Of a DNA stretch of 43,519 nt, positions 26,541 through 35,448 are shown piece by piece. The stretch comes from a virus: the UHGV virus genome UHGV-0308184. One strand, written 5' to 3'. The notes beneath the pieces were generated by a model. The model had not been told where the DNA came from and searched no databases. It saw nothing but the letters and a program-made list of their open reading frames with translations. How positions within the stretch are numbered: position 1 is the stretch's first letter; each line of letters opens with the position of its first letter. Both the position numbers and the translations under genes were made by a program.

Positions 26541-27453
26541 ATTAATAGTAAGCGTTCAAAATAGAATTCAGGAAATGCAACATGGTGAAGGATTGAGATT
26601 ACCCACAGGGTATTCGGTAGGAAATGCTTTAAACTCAGCATATCTAATTCTTAGCGATAATTCTAAAGGAAAATCATTATTGGAAAAATGTCACCCTACA
26701 TCAGTGTCAAAAGCTTTACTAAATATGGCAATACAAGGACTTAGCCCAGCAAAGAATCAATGCTACTTTGTTCCCTACGGGGATCAATGTACATTGATGA
26801 GATCATACTTCGGATCAGTAAGCATATTGGAACGACTTTCTAATGTAAAAAAAGTACATGCTGAAGTAATCTTCGAAGGAGATGAATTTGAGATAGGATC
26901 GGAGGATGGTAGAACCGTCGTTACAAACTTCAAACCTAGTTTTCTGAACAGAGATAACCCAATTATTGGGGCATTTGCTTGGGTAGAGCAAACAGACGGA
27001 ATCAAAGTTTACACAATCATGACAAAAAAAGAAATATATAAATCATGGAGTAAAGCTAAAACAAAAAATGTGCAAAATGATTATCCGCAAGAGATGGCCA
27101 AACGCACAGTTCTATCAAGAGCAGCAAAAATGTTTATCAATTCAAGTAGTGACAATGATTTACTCGTAAAGGCTATTAATGAAACAACAGAAGATGAATA
27201 CGATAATAATCAGCCACGCAAAGATATTACACCTAATCCACCAAATATTGAAAAGCTTGAGAAATCAATTTTTAATCAAGATGAAAATAAAAAAATTGCT
27301 CAAGATATGATTGATTCCATTGATTTAAATCAAGCTGACAAAGATCTACAAGAAGAGCTAAATATTGAATTTCCTGATCCTAGCAAAAACTATTTAGCTA
27401 CTGGGGAGGTAAATGGAGATGTTGAAAACGAAGACGGCCCTTACCCTTTCTGA
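26530..27453 (+). CDS. recT: RecT-family single-strand annealing recombinase.
   Basis: The central CYFVPYGDQCTLMRSYFG block is typical of RecT. RBS GGAGGA 8 nt upstream of ATG 26530. Confidence 0.7.
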   Translation: MGNELIVSVQNRIQEMQHGEGLRLPTGYSVGNALNSAYLILSDNSKGKSLLEKCHPTSVSKALLNMAIQGLSPAKNQCYFVPYGDQCTLMRSYFGSVSILERLSNVKKVHAEVIFEGDEFEIGSEDGRTVVTNFKPSFLNRDNPIIGAFAWVEQTDGIKVYTIMTKKEIYKSWSKAKTKNVQNDYPQEMAKRTVLSRAAKMFINSSSDNDLLVKAINETTEDEYDNNQPRKDITPNPPNIEKLEKSIFNQDENKKIAQDMIDSIDLNQADKDLQEELNIEFPDPSKNYLATGEVNGDVENEDGPYPF

Positions 27454-28231
27454 TAAAAATTATTATTCAACTGAAGCTGACTGGCATTATATGTCGGTCA
27501 GCCAATATAAAAATTTTAATGAATGCGAAGCAGCCACAATCGCTAGATTAAAAAAAATTTGGTTACCCTGTTCAGATCCAAAAGCATTGCTTGTTGGTAA
27601 TTATGTTCATTCTTACTTTGAATCATCAAAAATTCATGATCTATTCAAAAAGGAAAACAAAGACAAAATGTTTTCTAGTAGAAAACCATATGGGCTTCTA
27701 AAAGATTTCCAAATAGCTGAACAAATGATTCAACGACTAAAAGAAGAACCTGCTTTTATGAATTTATATAAAGGGGAAAAAGAAGTAATTGTTACAGGGC
27801 AAATTGAAAATGTAAATTGGAAAGGGAAAATCGATTGTCTAAATTTAGAGGATGGTTATTTTGTTGATATAAAAACAACAAAAGATATTCATGAACGTAA
27901 ATGGAATGATAGCTACGCGGAGCGTTGTACATTCATTGAAAACTATGGATATGTACTTCAAATGGCAGTTTATAAAGAATTGCTTAGTCAAAAGTATAAT
28001 AGGGAATTTGTACCAATTATAGCCGCTGTTTCAAAGCAGACTCCTTCTGAAGTAAAGCTAATTACCCTAGATGAAGACAAGATGCATTTTGAAATGATCC
28101 AATTAAAAGAAAATATTGAACATATTATTAAAGTAAAAAATGGCGAAGAAAAACCAACACTGTGTGGTAGGTGTGAATATTGCAGAGGGCAACAACGAAT
28201 TACTCACTTTACTAATATGAATGATTTATAG
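27413..28231 (+). CDS. PD-(D/E)XK family nuclease, the exonuclease partner of RecT (Cas4/YqaJ-like).
   Basis: D...E-x-K-like core (VDIKTTK) and a C-terminal Cys cluster C-x2-C-x2-C (CGRCEYCRG). Confidence 0.55.
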   Translation: MEMLKTKTALTLSDKNYYSTEADWHYMSVSQYKNFNECEAATIARLKKIWLPCSDPKALLVGNYVHSYFESSKIHDLFKKENKDKMFSSRKPYGLLKDFQIAEQMIQRLKEEPAFMNLYKGEKEVIVTGQIENVNWKGKIDCLNLEDGYFVDIKTTKDIHERKWNDSYAERCTFIENYGYVLQMAVYKELLSQKYNREFVPIIAAVSKQTPSEVKLITLDEDKMHFEMIQLKENIEHIIKVKNGEEKPTLCGRCEYCRGQQRITHFTNMNDL

Positions 28232-28244
28232 GAGGGAGGCAGAT

Positions 28245-29096
28245 ATGGCAAGACCTTTAAAACAAGGAATTGACTACTTTCCGCTTTCTGTAGATTTTTT
28301 AAGAGATATAAAGGTTCGTAAAATCAAACGTGCGTGTGGACCTTACACTGTCGAAATACTACTTTGCCTGCTGGGTAATATTTATCGGGAAACTGGTTAT
28401 TACATCGGGTGGGATGAAGATACGATGTTCTTAGTTGCTGACGAAGTTGGGGCGAAAGAGGGTCTAGTTGAAGAGACGGTAAATAAGGCCGTTCAAGTTG
28501 GATTTTTTAATCAAGAGAAGTTCAATGAGTATAGAATTTTGACTTCTAACGGAATACAAAAAAGATATCTCGAAGCCACTAAAAAAAGGAAAGAAGTAGT
28601 TATTTCCGACATTTACTTAGTTAATGACACCATAAAGGATGAAGAAACCCTAGTTAATGGTGTCGATAATGAACAAAGTAAAGTAAATAAAAGTAAAGTA
28701 GATAAAAGTAAAGTAAATAAAAACAATAAAGAAAAACCTGCCGTTCAGTTGTCGTCTGAAAAGGATTTTTTGGAGAATCCTTTAGGAGACAAAAAAACAG
28801 CGGAGCTAATCGCTTATTATTCAAAAAATGTTAGTCTTGCTACTCCTGTAAATATGACAAATCTTGCATATGATTTGAAAGACTTTAATGGCGATCTGGA
28901 TTTACTAAAAGAAGCGATAAACATTTGTTCAAGCAATGTAAAAACATATGCTTATTTTGCTGGAATATTAAAACAGTGGCGAGCTAACGGAATTAATACT
29001 CATGCAGATTTTTTGAAGAAAGTAAATAAAAAATCAAAGCAAAAAAATAAACGAGATAGTGAACCACCGCTAAATGATTATTCAGGATTGTTTTAA
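28245..29096 (+). CDS. Replisome organizer or DnaD-like replication initiation protein.
   Basis: The N-terminal replisome-organizer-like domain holds DYFPLSVDF. The C-terminal DnaD-like segment holds YFAGILKQWRANGINT. Internal 15-bp iterons. Confidence 0.6.
   Translation: MARPLKQGIDYFPLSVDFLRDIKVRKIKRACGPYTVEILLCLLGNIYRETGYYIGWDEDTMFLVADEVGAKEGLVEETVNKAVQVGFFNQEKFNEYRILTSNGIQKRYLEATKKRKEVVISDIYLVNDTIKDEETLVNGVDNEQSKVNKSKVDKSKVNKNNKEKPAVQLSSEKDFLENPLGDKKTAELIAYYSKNVSLATPVNMTNLAYDLKDFNGDLDLLKEAINICSSNVKTYAYFAGILKQWRANGINTHADFLKKVNKKSKQKNKRDSEPPLNDYSGLF
28675..28719 (+). repeat. Three perfect or near-perfect 15-bp direct repeats (AAAGTAAAGTAAATA), putative origin iterons inside the organizer gene.
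   Basis: Read directly. They encode KSKVNKSKVDKSKVNK. Confidence 0.6.
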
Positions 29097-29109
29097 GGAG
29101 GAATAGCTA

Positions 29110-29979
29110 ATGATGAATACTAAAGTTGCATTAAAGCAATTAATGGCTACACATTTTATTACAGTTGATGTCCCTTGTCCTGAATGCGGAGGAGCAATGA
29201 CAGCATGGAAAGAACCAACTCCAGATACTCCACCAAGATGTCCTCCCGTATGTATGGAATGTGGCTATCGTTCAGTGAAGAAAAAAGAAGCAACCACTGC
29301 TAAGAACCTTTATGAATCTAGTCTGATAAAAAAGGCAAAAGACTATTTTTTAAACGGATCTGTATTAACGGATAGAAAATCACTGCATAAAAAAATTAGT
29401 AATTATTATCCAAGCAACCAAGAATCAACCAAAGCTAAAAATATTAGTATGGAATTTTGCGAAAAAACACTGCTGGGAGAAATACACCATCTGATTTTAA
29501 CAGGGGGAGTTGGGGTTGGGAAATCACATCTAGCAATTGGATGTCTCAACGAAATACTTGTTAAAAGTAATTATTCTAAGAAGGTACTATTTGTCAGCTA
29601 TCGAGAGCTTTTAGAACAGTTAAAATTTGCGATGAATGACGAAGAGGCACGAAAAGCAATTACTGGTGTAGCAATGTCCGAAATCAAAGCAGCAGACGTC
29701 GTAGTTCTAGATGATATAGGGGCTGAACTAGGCGACTTTAATAAAAGAGATGAAAAAGGCAATCTGATTCTTAGTAGAGCATCAAACTTTGATATTGATA
29801 CGCTGACAGGAATATTGGAAAGTCGCATAGATAAGCCAACAATTATCACCTCTAACCTAAAATCAAAAGAAATTAAATATTGTTACGGCGAAAGAATAGT
29901 CTCAAGAATGGCTACCCATTCAAATGGATTTATGCATAGGTTTACAAATACAAAAGATTATCGATTGAAAACAGCGTAG
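29110..29979 (+). CDS. DnaC/IstB-like AAA+ helicase loader with an N-terminal zinc ribbon.
   Basis: Walker A GGVGVGKS, Walker B VVVLDDIG, and an N-terminal CPECGG...CPPVCMECGY. Confidence 0.8.
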   Translation: MMNTKVALKQLMATHFITVDVPCPECGGAMTAWKEPTPDTPPRCPPVCMECGYRSVKKKEATTAKNLYESSLIKKAKDYFLNGSVLTDRKSLHKKISNYYPSNQESTKAKNISMEFCEKTLLGEIHHLILTGGVGVGKSHLAIGCLNEILVKSNYSKKVLFVSYRELLEQLKFAMNDEEARKAITGVAMSEIKAADVVVLDDIGAELGDFNKRDEKGNLILSRASNFDIDTLTGILESRIDKPTIITSNLKSKEIKYCYGERIVSRMATHSNGFMHRFTNTKDYRLKTA

Positions 29980-29987
29980 GAGGTCAT

Positions 29988-30413
29988 ATGAAAATTACTA
30001 TACCAATTACACCAAAACCACAAAGCCGTCCGAGATTTGCTAGACGTGGAAAGTATGTACAAGCCTATGAAGATAGCACCATGAAGACGTATAAGCAACA
30101 AGTAAAAAACTATCTTAGAAGAGCAAAACCTAAATTGATAGAAAAAGGGCCAATCATGGCACACGTGACGTTTTATGTACAAGCGCCTAAGTCAGCCCTA
30201 AGTAATAAACAGAAGCGGTTAGACGTAAAATTAGAGCGCAAATACTGCGATAAAAAGCCAGATTTAGACAACTATTTCAAAGCAGTCACGGATGCTGCAG
30301 AAGGTATTCTTTACAAAAATGATGGGCAAATTGCTGTGATAGTTTGTCAAAAACTATACAGCTTAAGACCTCGAACAGAACTCGAAATAATGAAATTGGA
30401 GGTTGATTCATGA
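29988..30413 (+). CDS. rusA: RusA-family Holliday junction resolvase.
   Basis: KKPDLDNYFKAVTDAAEGILYKNDGQI matches the RusA core, with the typical N-terminal PKPQSRPR. Confidence 0.7.
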   Translation: MKITIPITPKPQSRPRFARRGKYVQAYEDSTMKTYKQQVKNYLRRAKPKLIEKGPIMAHVTFYVQAPKSALSNKQKRLDVKLERKYCDKKPDLDNYFKAVTDAAEGILYKNDGQIAVIVCQKLYSLRPRTELEIMKLEVDS

Positions 30414-30742
30414 AAGCGCAAATGGAATCTTGGCAAGATATACAAGAGTATGTAAAGAACAACAAGAAAAAACATAAACGTAGAATGGCTAACGATGCAA
30501 TGAAAAACGTCAACGAGTTAGGATTTCCTTTCACCTATTTCGAAGATACTTACCAATTTGCAATTAAAACATCTATCGGGATGGTCGACTATTTTGGAAC
30601 AACTGGCACATGGGTTGTGCGTAAGAATCAAGATCGTGGTAGAGGGCTAAAAAAATTAAAGAAGTATTTGGAACATCCAGTTCCAACAAAAGAAATAAAA
30701 AAAACAAAGGGTAATCAGTCATGGATGAAAAATAATAGATAG
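30410..30742 (+). CDS. Hypothetical protein, 110 aa.
   Basis: ATGA overlap with the RusA stop. Confidence 0.45.
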   Translation: MKAQMESWQDIQEYVKNNKKKHKRRMANDAMKNVNELGFPFTYFEDTYQFAIKTSIGMVDYFGTTGTWVVRKNQDRGRGLKKLKKYLEHPVPTKEIKKTKGNQSWMKNNR

Positions 30743-30744
30743 GA

Positions 30745-31104
30745 ATGGGAAAAATGAATAGGAATAAATGGCAGAGAGTGCCTGCACCAAACACACGTGG
30801 TGCAAAAATGCATGGATGGGTTAGAGAAATGGATGAAGCCTACAGAGAGGTGAATGGGGAATACGCTGTTCTTGTCCGAACTTTGAATACTAAATTAGGC
30901 ACAGTTAAGCATGCAGCTATCAGAAATGCTACAGAAACTGACATTACTTGGAGTGAAAAACAGCGTATTAAAAATGAAATTTTTGGAGAGGAAAAACAAG
31001 CGATTGAATTTTTTCCAAAACAATCAGAATTAATAGATGAGGCTAATATGTATCATTTATGGATTTTAGAGGATTGCGAATTGGAATTTGGAATATACGA
31101 ATAA
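30745..31104 (+). CDS. Hypothetical protein, 119 aa.
   Basis: An ORF with an alternative ATG at 30754. Confidence 0.45.
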   Translation: MGKMNRNKWQRVPAPNTRGAKMHGWVREMDEAYREVNGEYAVLVRTLNTKLGTVKHAAIRNATETDITWSEKQRIKNEIFGEEKQAIEFFPKQSELIDEANMYHLWILEDCELEFGIYE

Positions 31105-31214
31105 TTTGGAGGTAATACTTTTGGGTAAAAAAGGTTCAAAGATTAAAAAGAAAAAACGCCGACTTAAAGAAAAAGCTATTGCAAATGGCACATACAGCAA
31201 GCGAGGGAAAAGCG

Positions 31215-31355
31215 ATGGTATGTATAAAATGCAAGGGACAGATGATTGTTTGGGAAAAAGATAAGTTGAAACATCAAAAAGGTTTTTATTGTCCGTTATG
31301 CAACAAAAATGGGCAAAGTGTTGCGAAAAAGTTAGCTGAAATAAAGAAAAAATAA
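31215..31355 (+). CDS. Small zinc-ribbon protein of 46 aa (C-x2-C...C-x2-C), not in the ORF track.
   Basis: RBS GAGGG 8 nt upstream of ATG 31215. Sequence CIKCKG...CPLCN. It overlaps an alternative basic-peptide ORF 31121..31261. Confidence 0.3.
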   Translation: MVCIKCKGQMIVWEKDKLKHQKGFYCPLCNKNGQSVAKKLAEIKKK

Positions 31356-31407
31356 GCGAAAGGAGTGGAGTTTTGCGGCCGCATAAAAAGCTTTTTGCTC
31401 CTTTGAA

Positions 31408-31893
31408 ATGATGAAAAAAATACTTGATGCATGCTGTGGTAGCAGAATGTTTTGGTTTGATAAGCAAAACGACCAAGTTTTGTTTATGGATAACAGAAAG
31501 CATTACGAAAAATTAGAGAGTGGACATATTGTTGCTGTTAATCCTAACATTGTTGCAGATTTTAGAAAGATGCCGTTTGATGATAATTCATTCTATCATG
31601 TTGTATTTGATCCTCCGCATTTATTGAGAGCTGGTAGTAACAGCTGGTTGGCCAAAAAATATGGGAAGTTGAATGAGCAAACTTGGAAAGAAGATATCCA
31701 AAAAGGTTTTTCTGAGTGTATGAGGGTCTTAAAACCTAACGGAACATTAGTTTTCAAATGGAATGAGGATCAAATCAAGCTATCTGAAATATTAAGCATA
31801 ATTGATTACGAACCACTTTACGGCAATAAAAGAGCGAAAACGCACTGGTTAGTGTTTATGAAAGAGAGTGAAGAAAATGAATCGAATGGTTGA
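31408..31893 (+). CDS. Small phage DNA methyltransferase-like protein.
   Basis: DPPH sits in the motif-IV position and an N-terminal LDACCGS in the motif-I position. The weak RBS lowers confidence. Confidence 0.4.
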   Translation: MMKKILDACCGSRMFWFDKQNDQVLFMDNRKHYEKLESGHIVAVNPNIVADFRKMPFDDNSFYHVVFDPPHLLRAGSNSWLAKKYGKLNEQTWKEDIQKGFSECMRVLKPNGTLVFKWNEDQIKLSEILSIIDYEPLYGNKRAKTHWLVFMKESEENESNG

Positions 31894-31970
31894 AGTTGGA
31901 TAGGTTTATAAATTAGTCGATGCAAATCCACCTGCATTTGGAAAAGTAAAAAAATCTTTGGAGGCTAATT

Positions 31971-32183
31971 ATGAAATTAATCTATGTTTTATCTGGAAAA
32001 GAAGAAAATAAAAACTATGTAAAAAAATTTGTTGGAAATTATTGCAGTTTTGGACCTAAAGAGGATGCAAAAGCATTTACTAGTGAAGAAGCTGAACAGA
32101 TGAGAAGACTGTTAGAGAATAGTGTAGGCAATGCGTTTGTTATTGATGATGACAGAGAGGTAAAAAATGGGTTTCAAGTTTAG
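31971..32183 (+). CDS. Hypothetical protein, 70 aa.
   Basis: RBS GGAGG. Confidence 0.45.
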   Translation: MKLIYVLSGKEENKNYVKKFVGNYCSFGPKEDAKAFTSEEAEQMRRLLENSVGNAFVIDDDREVKNGFQV

Positions 32184-32272
32184 CGATTATTATAATGCTG
32201 AAAATATTTGTCTGTCAGAAGAAAACATTAGAGAGTTACTTATTGCTTATTTAGAAAAAGGAGAGGAAGAAA

Positions 32273-32497
32273 ATGATTTATATTAAAAATTTTGTACATG
32301 ATTTTGATTCTTCAACAATTACCTTTGAAGTAGAGCGTGATGGGATCACGAATTATGTAGGAACTAGAGATACTGGTTATGGAACGACTTCTACAGATAT
32401 TAATGATTTTACTGAAGATTGGTCAGATTCTGAATACGATCAATTAGAAGAGTTTTTAAACGGTTGTCAAGAAATAGTACATTCATTTTACCATTAA
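32273..32497 (+). CDS. Hypothetical acidic protein, 74 aa.
   Basis: RBS GGAGAGGA. Confidence 0.45.
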   Translation: MIYIKNFVHDFDSSTITFEVERDGITNYVGTRDTGYGTTSTDINDFTEDWSDSEYDQLEEFLNGCQEIVHSFYH

Positions 32498-32521
32498 TTT
32501 TTTAGGTTGGAGGAATAACAA

Positions 32522-33064
32522 ATGGCTTATGAAAAATTACATTTAGTAACAGCGATAGTAAGTGGAGATATTTATGTTGGTAGAGTCAAAGACGGCTTGA
32601 TGGACACAAGATATCGTCGAATAATTACAGGTGAGGCTATTCAGTCGGTGGCAGATTGGTTTTATGTAAATAAAAAAAAGACAGTCCAATTTAAAGGTAT
32701 TGATGGTAAAGAGCATAGCTTGTTTTATACATCTGATAAAGAAAAAGCAAAAAAAATTCTAGCTATTTTAGAGGAGGAAAAACAAATGAAATTTTATAAA
32801 ATGAAAGAACCTTATTTTGCATTAATCGCTGCTAAAGATGAAAAACAATGTTTAAAACTTTACAAGGATATTGTTTGCGAAGTAGAAGACGAAAAAGAAT
32901 TTTTCGATGATATGAAAACAATTGATAAATACGAAGCGTTCAAAATGCTTGCTAAAAGTCGTATTGAAGATGGTGGAGAATTGGGGGCAGAAGAAGCTTT
33001 CAATCAATTAGAAAATCTTGAAGAAAACGGCGAAGTATTGTTAATCGACGGTAGCTTGCTTTAG
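32522..33064 (+). CDS. Hypothetical protein, 180 aa.
   Basis: RBS GGAGGA. Confidence 0.5.
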   Translation: MAYEKLHLVTAIVSGDIYVGRVKDGLMDTRYRRIITGEAIQSVADWFYVNKKKTVQFKGIDGKEHSLFYTSDKEKAKKILAILEEEKQMKFYKMKEPYFALIAAKDEKQCLKLYKDIVCEVEDEKEFFDDMKTIDKYEAFKMLAKSRIEDGGELGAEEAFNQLENLEENGEVLLIDGSLL

Positions 33065-33183
33065 GAGGAGTAATTGTTGCTATCTATTCTAAGAGTTTAT
33101 AAAGAAGGATTTAACGAGAGCATAAAATTGGTGAGTCGCTTGAACATGCGGGTGATAAATATATTGTTATCCGCATACTTGAA

Positions 33184-33549
33184 TTGAAAAAATTGTATTT
33201 TAGTAACTCTGTAAGATTAGAAGTAAAAATATTGGTCCAAAAAGTAGGCGAAATAACAGATTATCATAAATATAAAATGAATTTTACATTCACTGAACGT
33301 TACAATCAAAGTAAAGAAGATGACACGCTAAGATTAGCAAAATTAGCTAAAATAGGAAATATCATATTTTCTAGTGATAAAAAAATGGCGTATGAAGTGA
33401 TTTCAATTAATAGTATTAACTATGAGTTTGTTGATCTGGTTGTTGAATACACAGCACAAATGATTGTTCCATGGTCTGAACAGGAAATAAATAAAGCGTT
33501 ATTCGATGAGCGTAAAAGTACATTTAAAGTTTTGGAAGGTGGACTCTAA
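33184..33549 (+). CDS. Hypothetical protein, 121 aa.
   Basis: TTG start; an alternative internal ATG exists. Confidence 0.4.
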   Translation: MKKLYFSNSVRLEVKILVQKVGEITDYHKYKMNFTFTERYNQSKEDDTLRLAKLAKIGNIIFSSDKKMAYEVISINSINYEFVDLVVEYTAQMIVPWSEQEINKALFDERKSTFKVLEGGL

Positions 33550-34103
33550 TGGAAAAACAAGAATTGATTGAAGAGTTAGAATGCTTAGAAGTTTCTACAG
33601 ATAGCCTTGATTATTTGAAAGGTGCTGACTATGCCAACGAAAGAGCAATTAGCTTAGCAAAACAATTAAAAGAATCGAAAAAAGCTGCATTGCCTAGAAG
33701 TGCCGATGAATTTATAAAAGAAGGTTTATCAATGGGTTCTGATAAAGTAGACATTATCGGTTCGGCAGTTTCTTTCTCAAGTGCAATGCCAACTGCTGAA
33801 TTTTCTAAGTGGTTTAAGACAAATGGAGATTTATTGATTGATGCATTAGCTAACGGATACGAAGTTGAGAAAGAACCAACCATTCACGAACTAAAAATCT
33901 TACCAGAATACTTTGAAGCGGTTGTTTCAGGTGATAAGCGTTTTGAAATACGTAAGAATGACCGAAACTATCAAAACGGCGATATATTACGCTTAAACGA
34001 ATATCAAGACGGACAATATACAGGTGATGTCCATGTTGCAGAAATAACTTACATTACAGATTATGCCCAACAAGATGGATATGTAGTGTTAGGGATTAAG
34101 TGA
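33549..34103 (+). CDS. Fusion protein with a C-terminal ASCH/PUA-like (DUF3850-type) domain.
   Basis: The C-terminal block ELKILPEYFEAVVSGDKRFEIRKNDRNYQNGDILRLNEY matches the DUF3850/ASCH consensus. Confidence 0.5.
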   Translation: MEKQELIEELECLEVSTDSLDYLKGADYANERAISLAKQLKESKKAALPRSADEFIKEGLSMGSDKVDIIGSAVSFSSAMPTAEFSKWFKTNGDLLIDALANGYEVEKEPTIHELKILPEYFEAVVSGDKRFEIRKNDRNYQNGDILRLNEYQDGQYTGDVHVAEITYITDYAQQDGYVVLGIK

Positions 34104-34116
34104 GGAGGATCAATAA

Positions 34117-34317
34117 ATGGAAAAATCAAAAAGTTTGATTATATGGCTACCGACTGGCGGAACAATGAAGTTTGAAGATGTTAGGAATTTTGAAACAGTT
34201 ACAAATAATCTAGACAGGGATGTTTTGAAGTTTAATTACCTAGGTGTCTCAACTGGTGTAAGGCGGAATGCAGTATTTGAAATAGTTAAATTAATGGGCT
34301 GGGCATTGGAGGAATAA
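34117..34317 (+). CDS. Hypothetical protein, 66 aa.
   Basis: RBS GAGGAGGA. Confidence 0.45.
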   Translation: MEKSKSLIIWLPTGGTMKFEDVRNFETVTNNLDRDVLKFNYLGVSTGVRRNAVFEIVKLMGWALEE

Positions 34318-34344
34318 AAATATTTAATTAACTGGAGAATAGAT

Positions 34345-34470
34345 ATGATAACACTAAATGAATTCTTATGGCTTGTAATTATTTTGTTAGCGTTGTGCGT
34401 AAGTTCGCTATATAAACAAAAAATACAATTGGAAGAAGAACTGGAAAAATTAAAAGATGATAGACAATAA
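34345..34470 (+). CDS. Small membrane peptide of 41 aa, with a hydrophobic N-terminus and a charged tail.
   Basis: RBS ACTGGAGAA. Sequence MITLNEFLWLVIILLALCVSSLYKQKIQLEEELEKLKDDRQ. Not in the ORF track. Confidence 0.4.
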   Translation: MITLNEFLWLVIILLALCVSSLYKQKIQLEEELEKLKDDRQ

Positions 34471-34504
34471 AAAAAACAACCACTCGTTAGACGGCGAGTG
34501 GTTG
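34469..34504 (-). terminator. Strong hairpin with a perfect 10-bp stem (CAACCACTCG/CGAGTGGTTG) and a U tract on the minus-strand side only.
   Basis: A8 precedes the stem on the + strand. No T tract follows it on the + strand. Confidence 0.5.
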
Positions 34505-34615
34505 GCATCTTGAAAAAATATTAAACAAAAACCGACTTCAAATATAATTCGGATGTGTGATTTAGCGTTCCCGAAATAAACGCTGCATAGATATTGTATC
34601 ACGGAGGGATAAAAA

Positions 34616-35041
34616 ATGCAGCTATTTCCTGATATTGATGACAAAAAAACAAAACAGAATGCACGAAATCTTTTAAAAAAATACAGACGGCTGCAAAGAA
34701 TTGCAGGAACACCTCAATTTAATATAACTTCGCCGATAATTAAAGAAGTGCCTATTCAGCACACAAATACACATCGATCTCAACAGCATTTTATTAGAAA
34801 AATTGATGCGGAAAAAGAAAAATTAAAAATAGATAATGCATTGGCCCGATTGTCATTGATAAATAGACAACTATTGTATTATACTTACTGCAGTGTTGAA
34901 AAGAAAACTAATGTTTGGATTGCTTCTGAACTAGGTTATTCTGTTAGCAACGTGGAAACGTTAAAGTGTGTCGCACTTCTTGAATTTGCTGAAGCATATG
35001 AATCTGGTCTGCTTCAATGCTATAAAAGTGCGACTGACTGA
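34616..35041 (+). CDS. arpU: ArpU-family late transcription activator.
   Basis: The N-terminal pattern MQLFPDIDDKKTKQNARNLLKKYRRLQRIAG, the 141-aa size, and the position just before the packaging genes are typical of ArpU. Confidence 0.65.
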   Translation: MQLFPDIDDKKTKQNARNLLKKYRRLQRIAGTPQFNITSPIIKEVPIQHTNTHRSQQHFIRKIDAEKEKLKIDNALARLSLINRQLLYYTYCSVEKKTNVWIASELGYSVSNVETLKCVALLEFAEAYESGLLQCYKSATD

Positions 35042-35126
35042 AATTGTGGTTTTTTTGCGGTTTTATGGCGGATAAAGTCATAAAAATGATGTTATTATAC
35101 TAGTATAGAAAAATATGTAAAACACA

Positions 35127-35160
35127 AAACCGATTGCAAATTATGCAGTCGGTTTTTTTG
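35127..35160 (+). terminator. Rho-independent terminator after ArpU.
   Basis: Stem AAACCGATTGCA/TGCAGTCGGTTT plus T7. Confidence 0.65.
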
Positions 35161-35232
35161 TTGCATATTTTATGGATCAGTTATGCGTAATGATATCTAA
35201 GTGCATATAAAGGAAGTAGGCAGATGCTGAAT

Positions 35233-35257
35233 ATAGGTTCAAATCCTATCTGGTCCA
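35233..35257 (+). other. tRNA 3'-end remnant (T arm ATAGG-TTCAAAT-CCTAT plus acceptor CTGGTCC-A) resembling the 3' end of the tRNA at 18955..19028.
   Basis: 21 of 27 positions match ACAGGTTCGAGTCCTGTATGGTCCATT, including the trailing ATT. No upstream D or anticodon arm can be drawn. Confidence 0.45.
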
Positions 35258-35352
35258 TTGTGAATTTTAGTGATTCACAAAATAAAAAATGTATGTCAAT
35301 AAATGTTTCGTTTAGTCAAGCAAGCTTATACTGCTCTATAAGTTTGCTTCAT

Positions 35353-35423
35353 GTATCTATGGCGAAGTGGCAACGCTCTAGTTTGCAAAACTAGCATTCG
35401 TGGGTTCGAATCCCACTAGATAC
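35353..35423 (+). tRNA. tRNA-Cys (anticodon GCA), phage-encoded.
   Basis: Manual cloverleaf: acceptor GTATCTA/TAGATAC (7 bp), short D stem GCG/CGC, anticodon stem CTAGT/ACTAG with loop TTGCAAA, T arm GTGGG-TTCGAAT-CCCAC. Confidence 0.6.
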
Positions 35424-35448
35424 TTAAATACAAGGAGGTTCTACATAT

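Noticed and set aside
31359-31403. A NotI site (GCGGCCGC) adjacent to a HindIII-centred palindrome (AAAAAGCTTTTT), bracketed by AAAGGAG/CTCCTTT. It could be a cloning scar or an engineered linker.
   Set aside because: This is a single occurrence in a natural-looking intergenic position between two early genes, and the flanking genes are intact. It is more likely an intergenic hairpin or terminator. An 8-bp GC-only site in AT-rich DNA is merely rare, not diagnostic.
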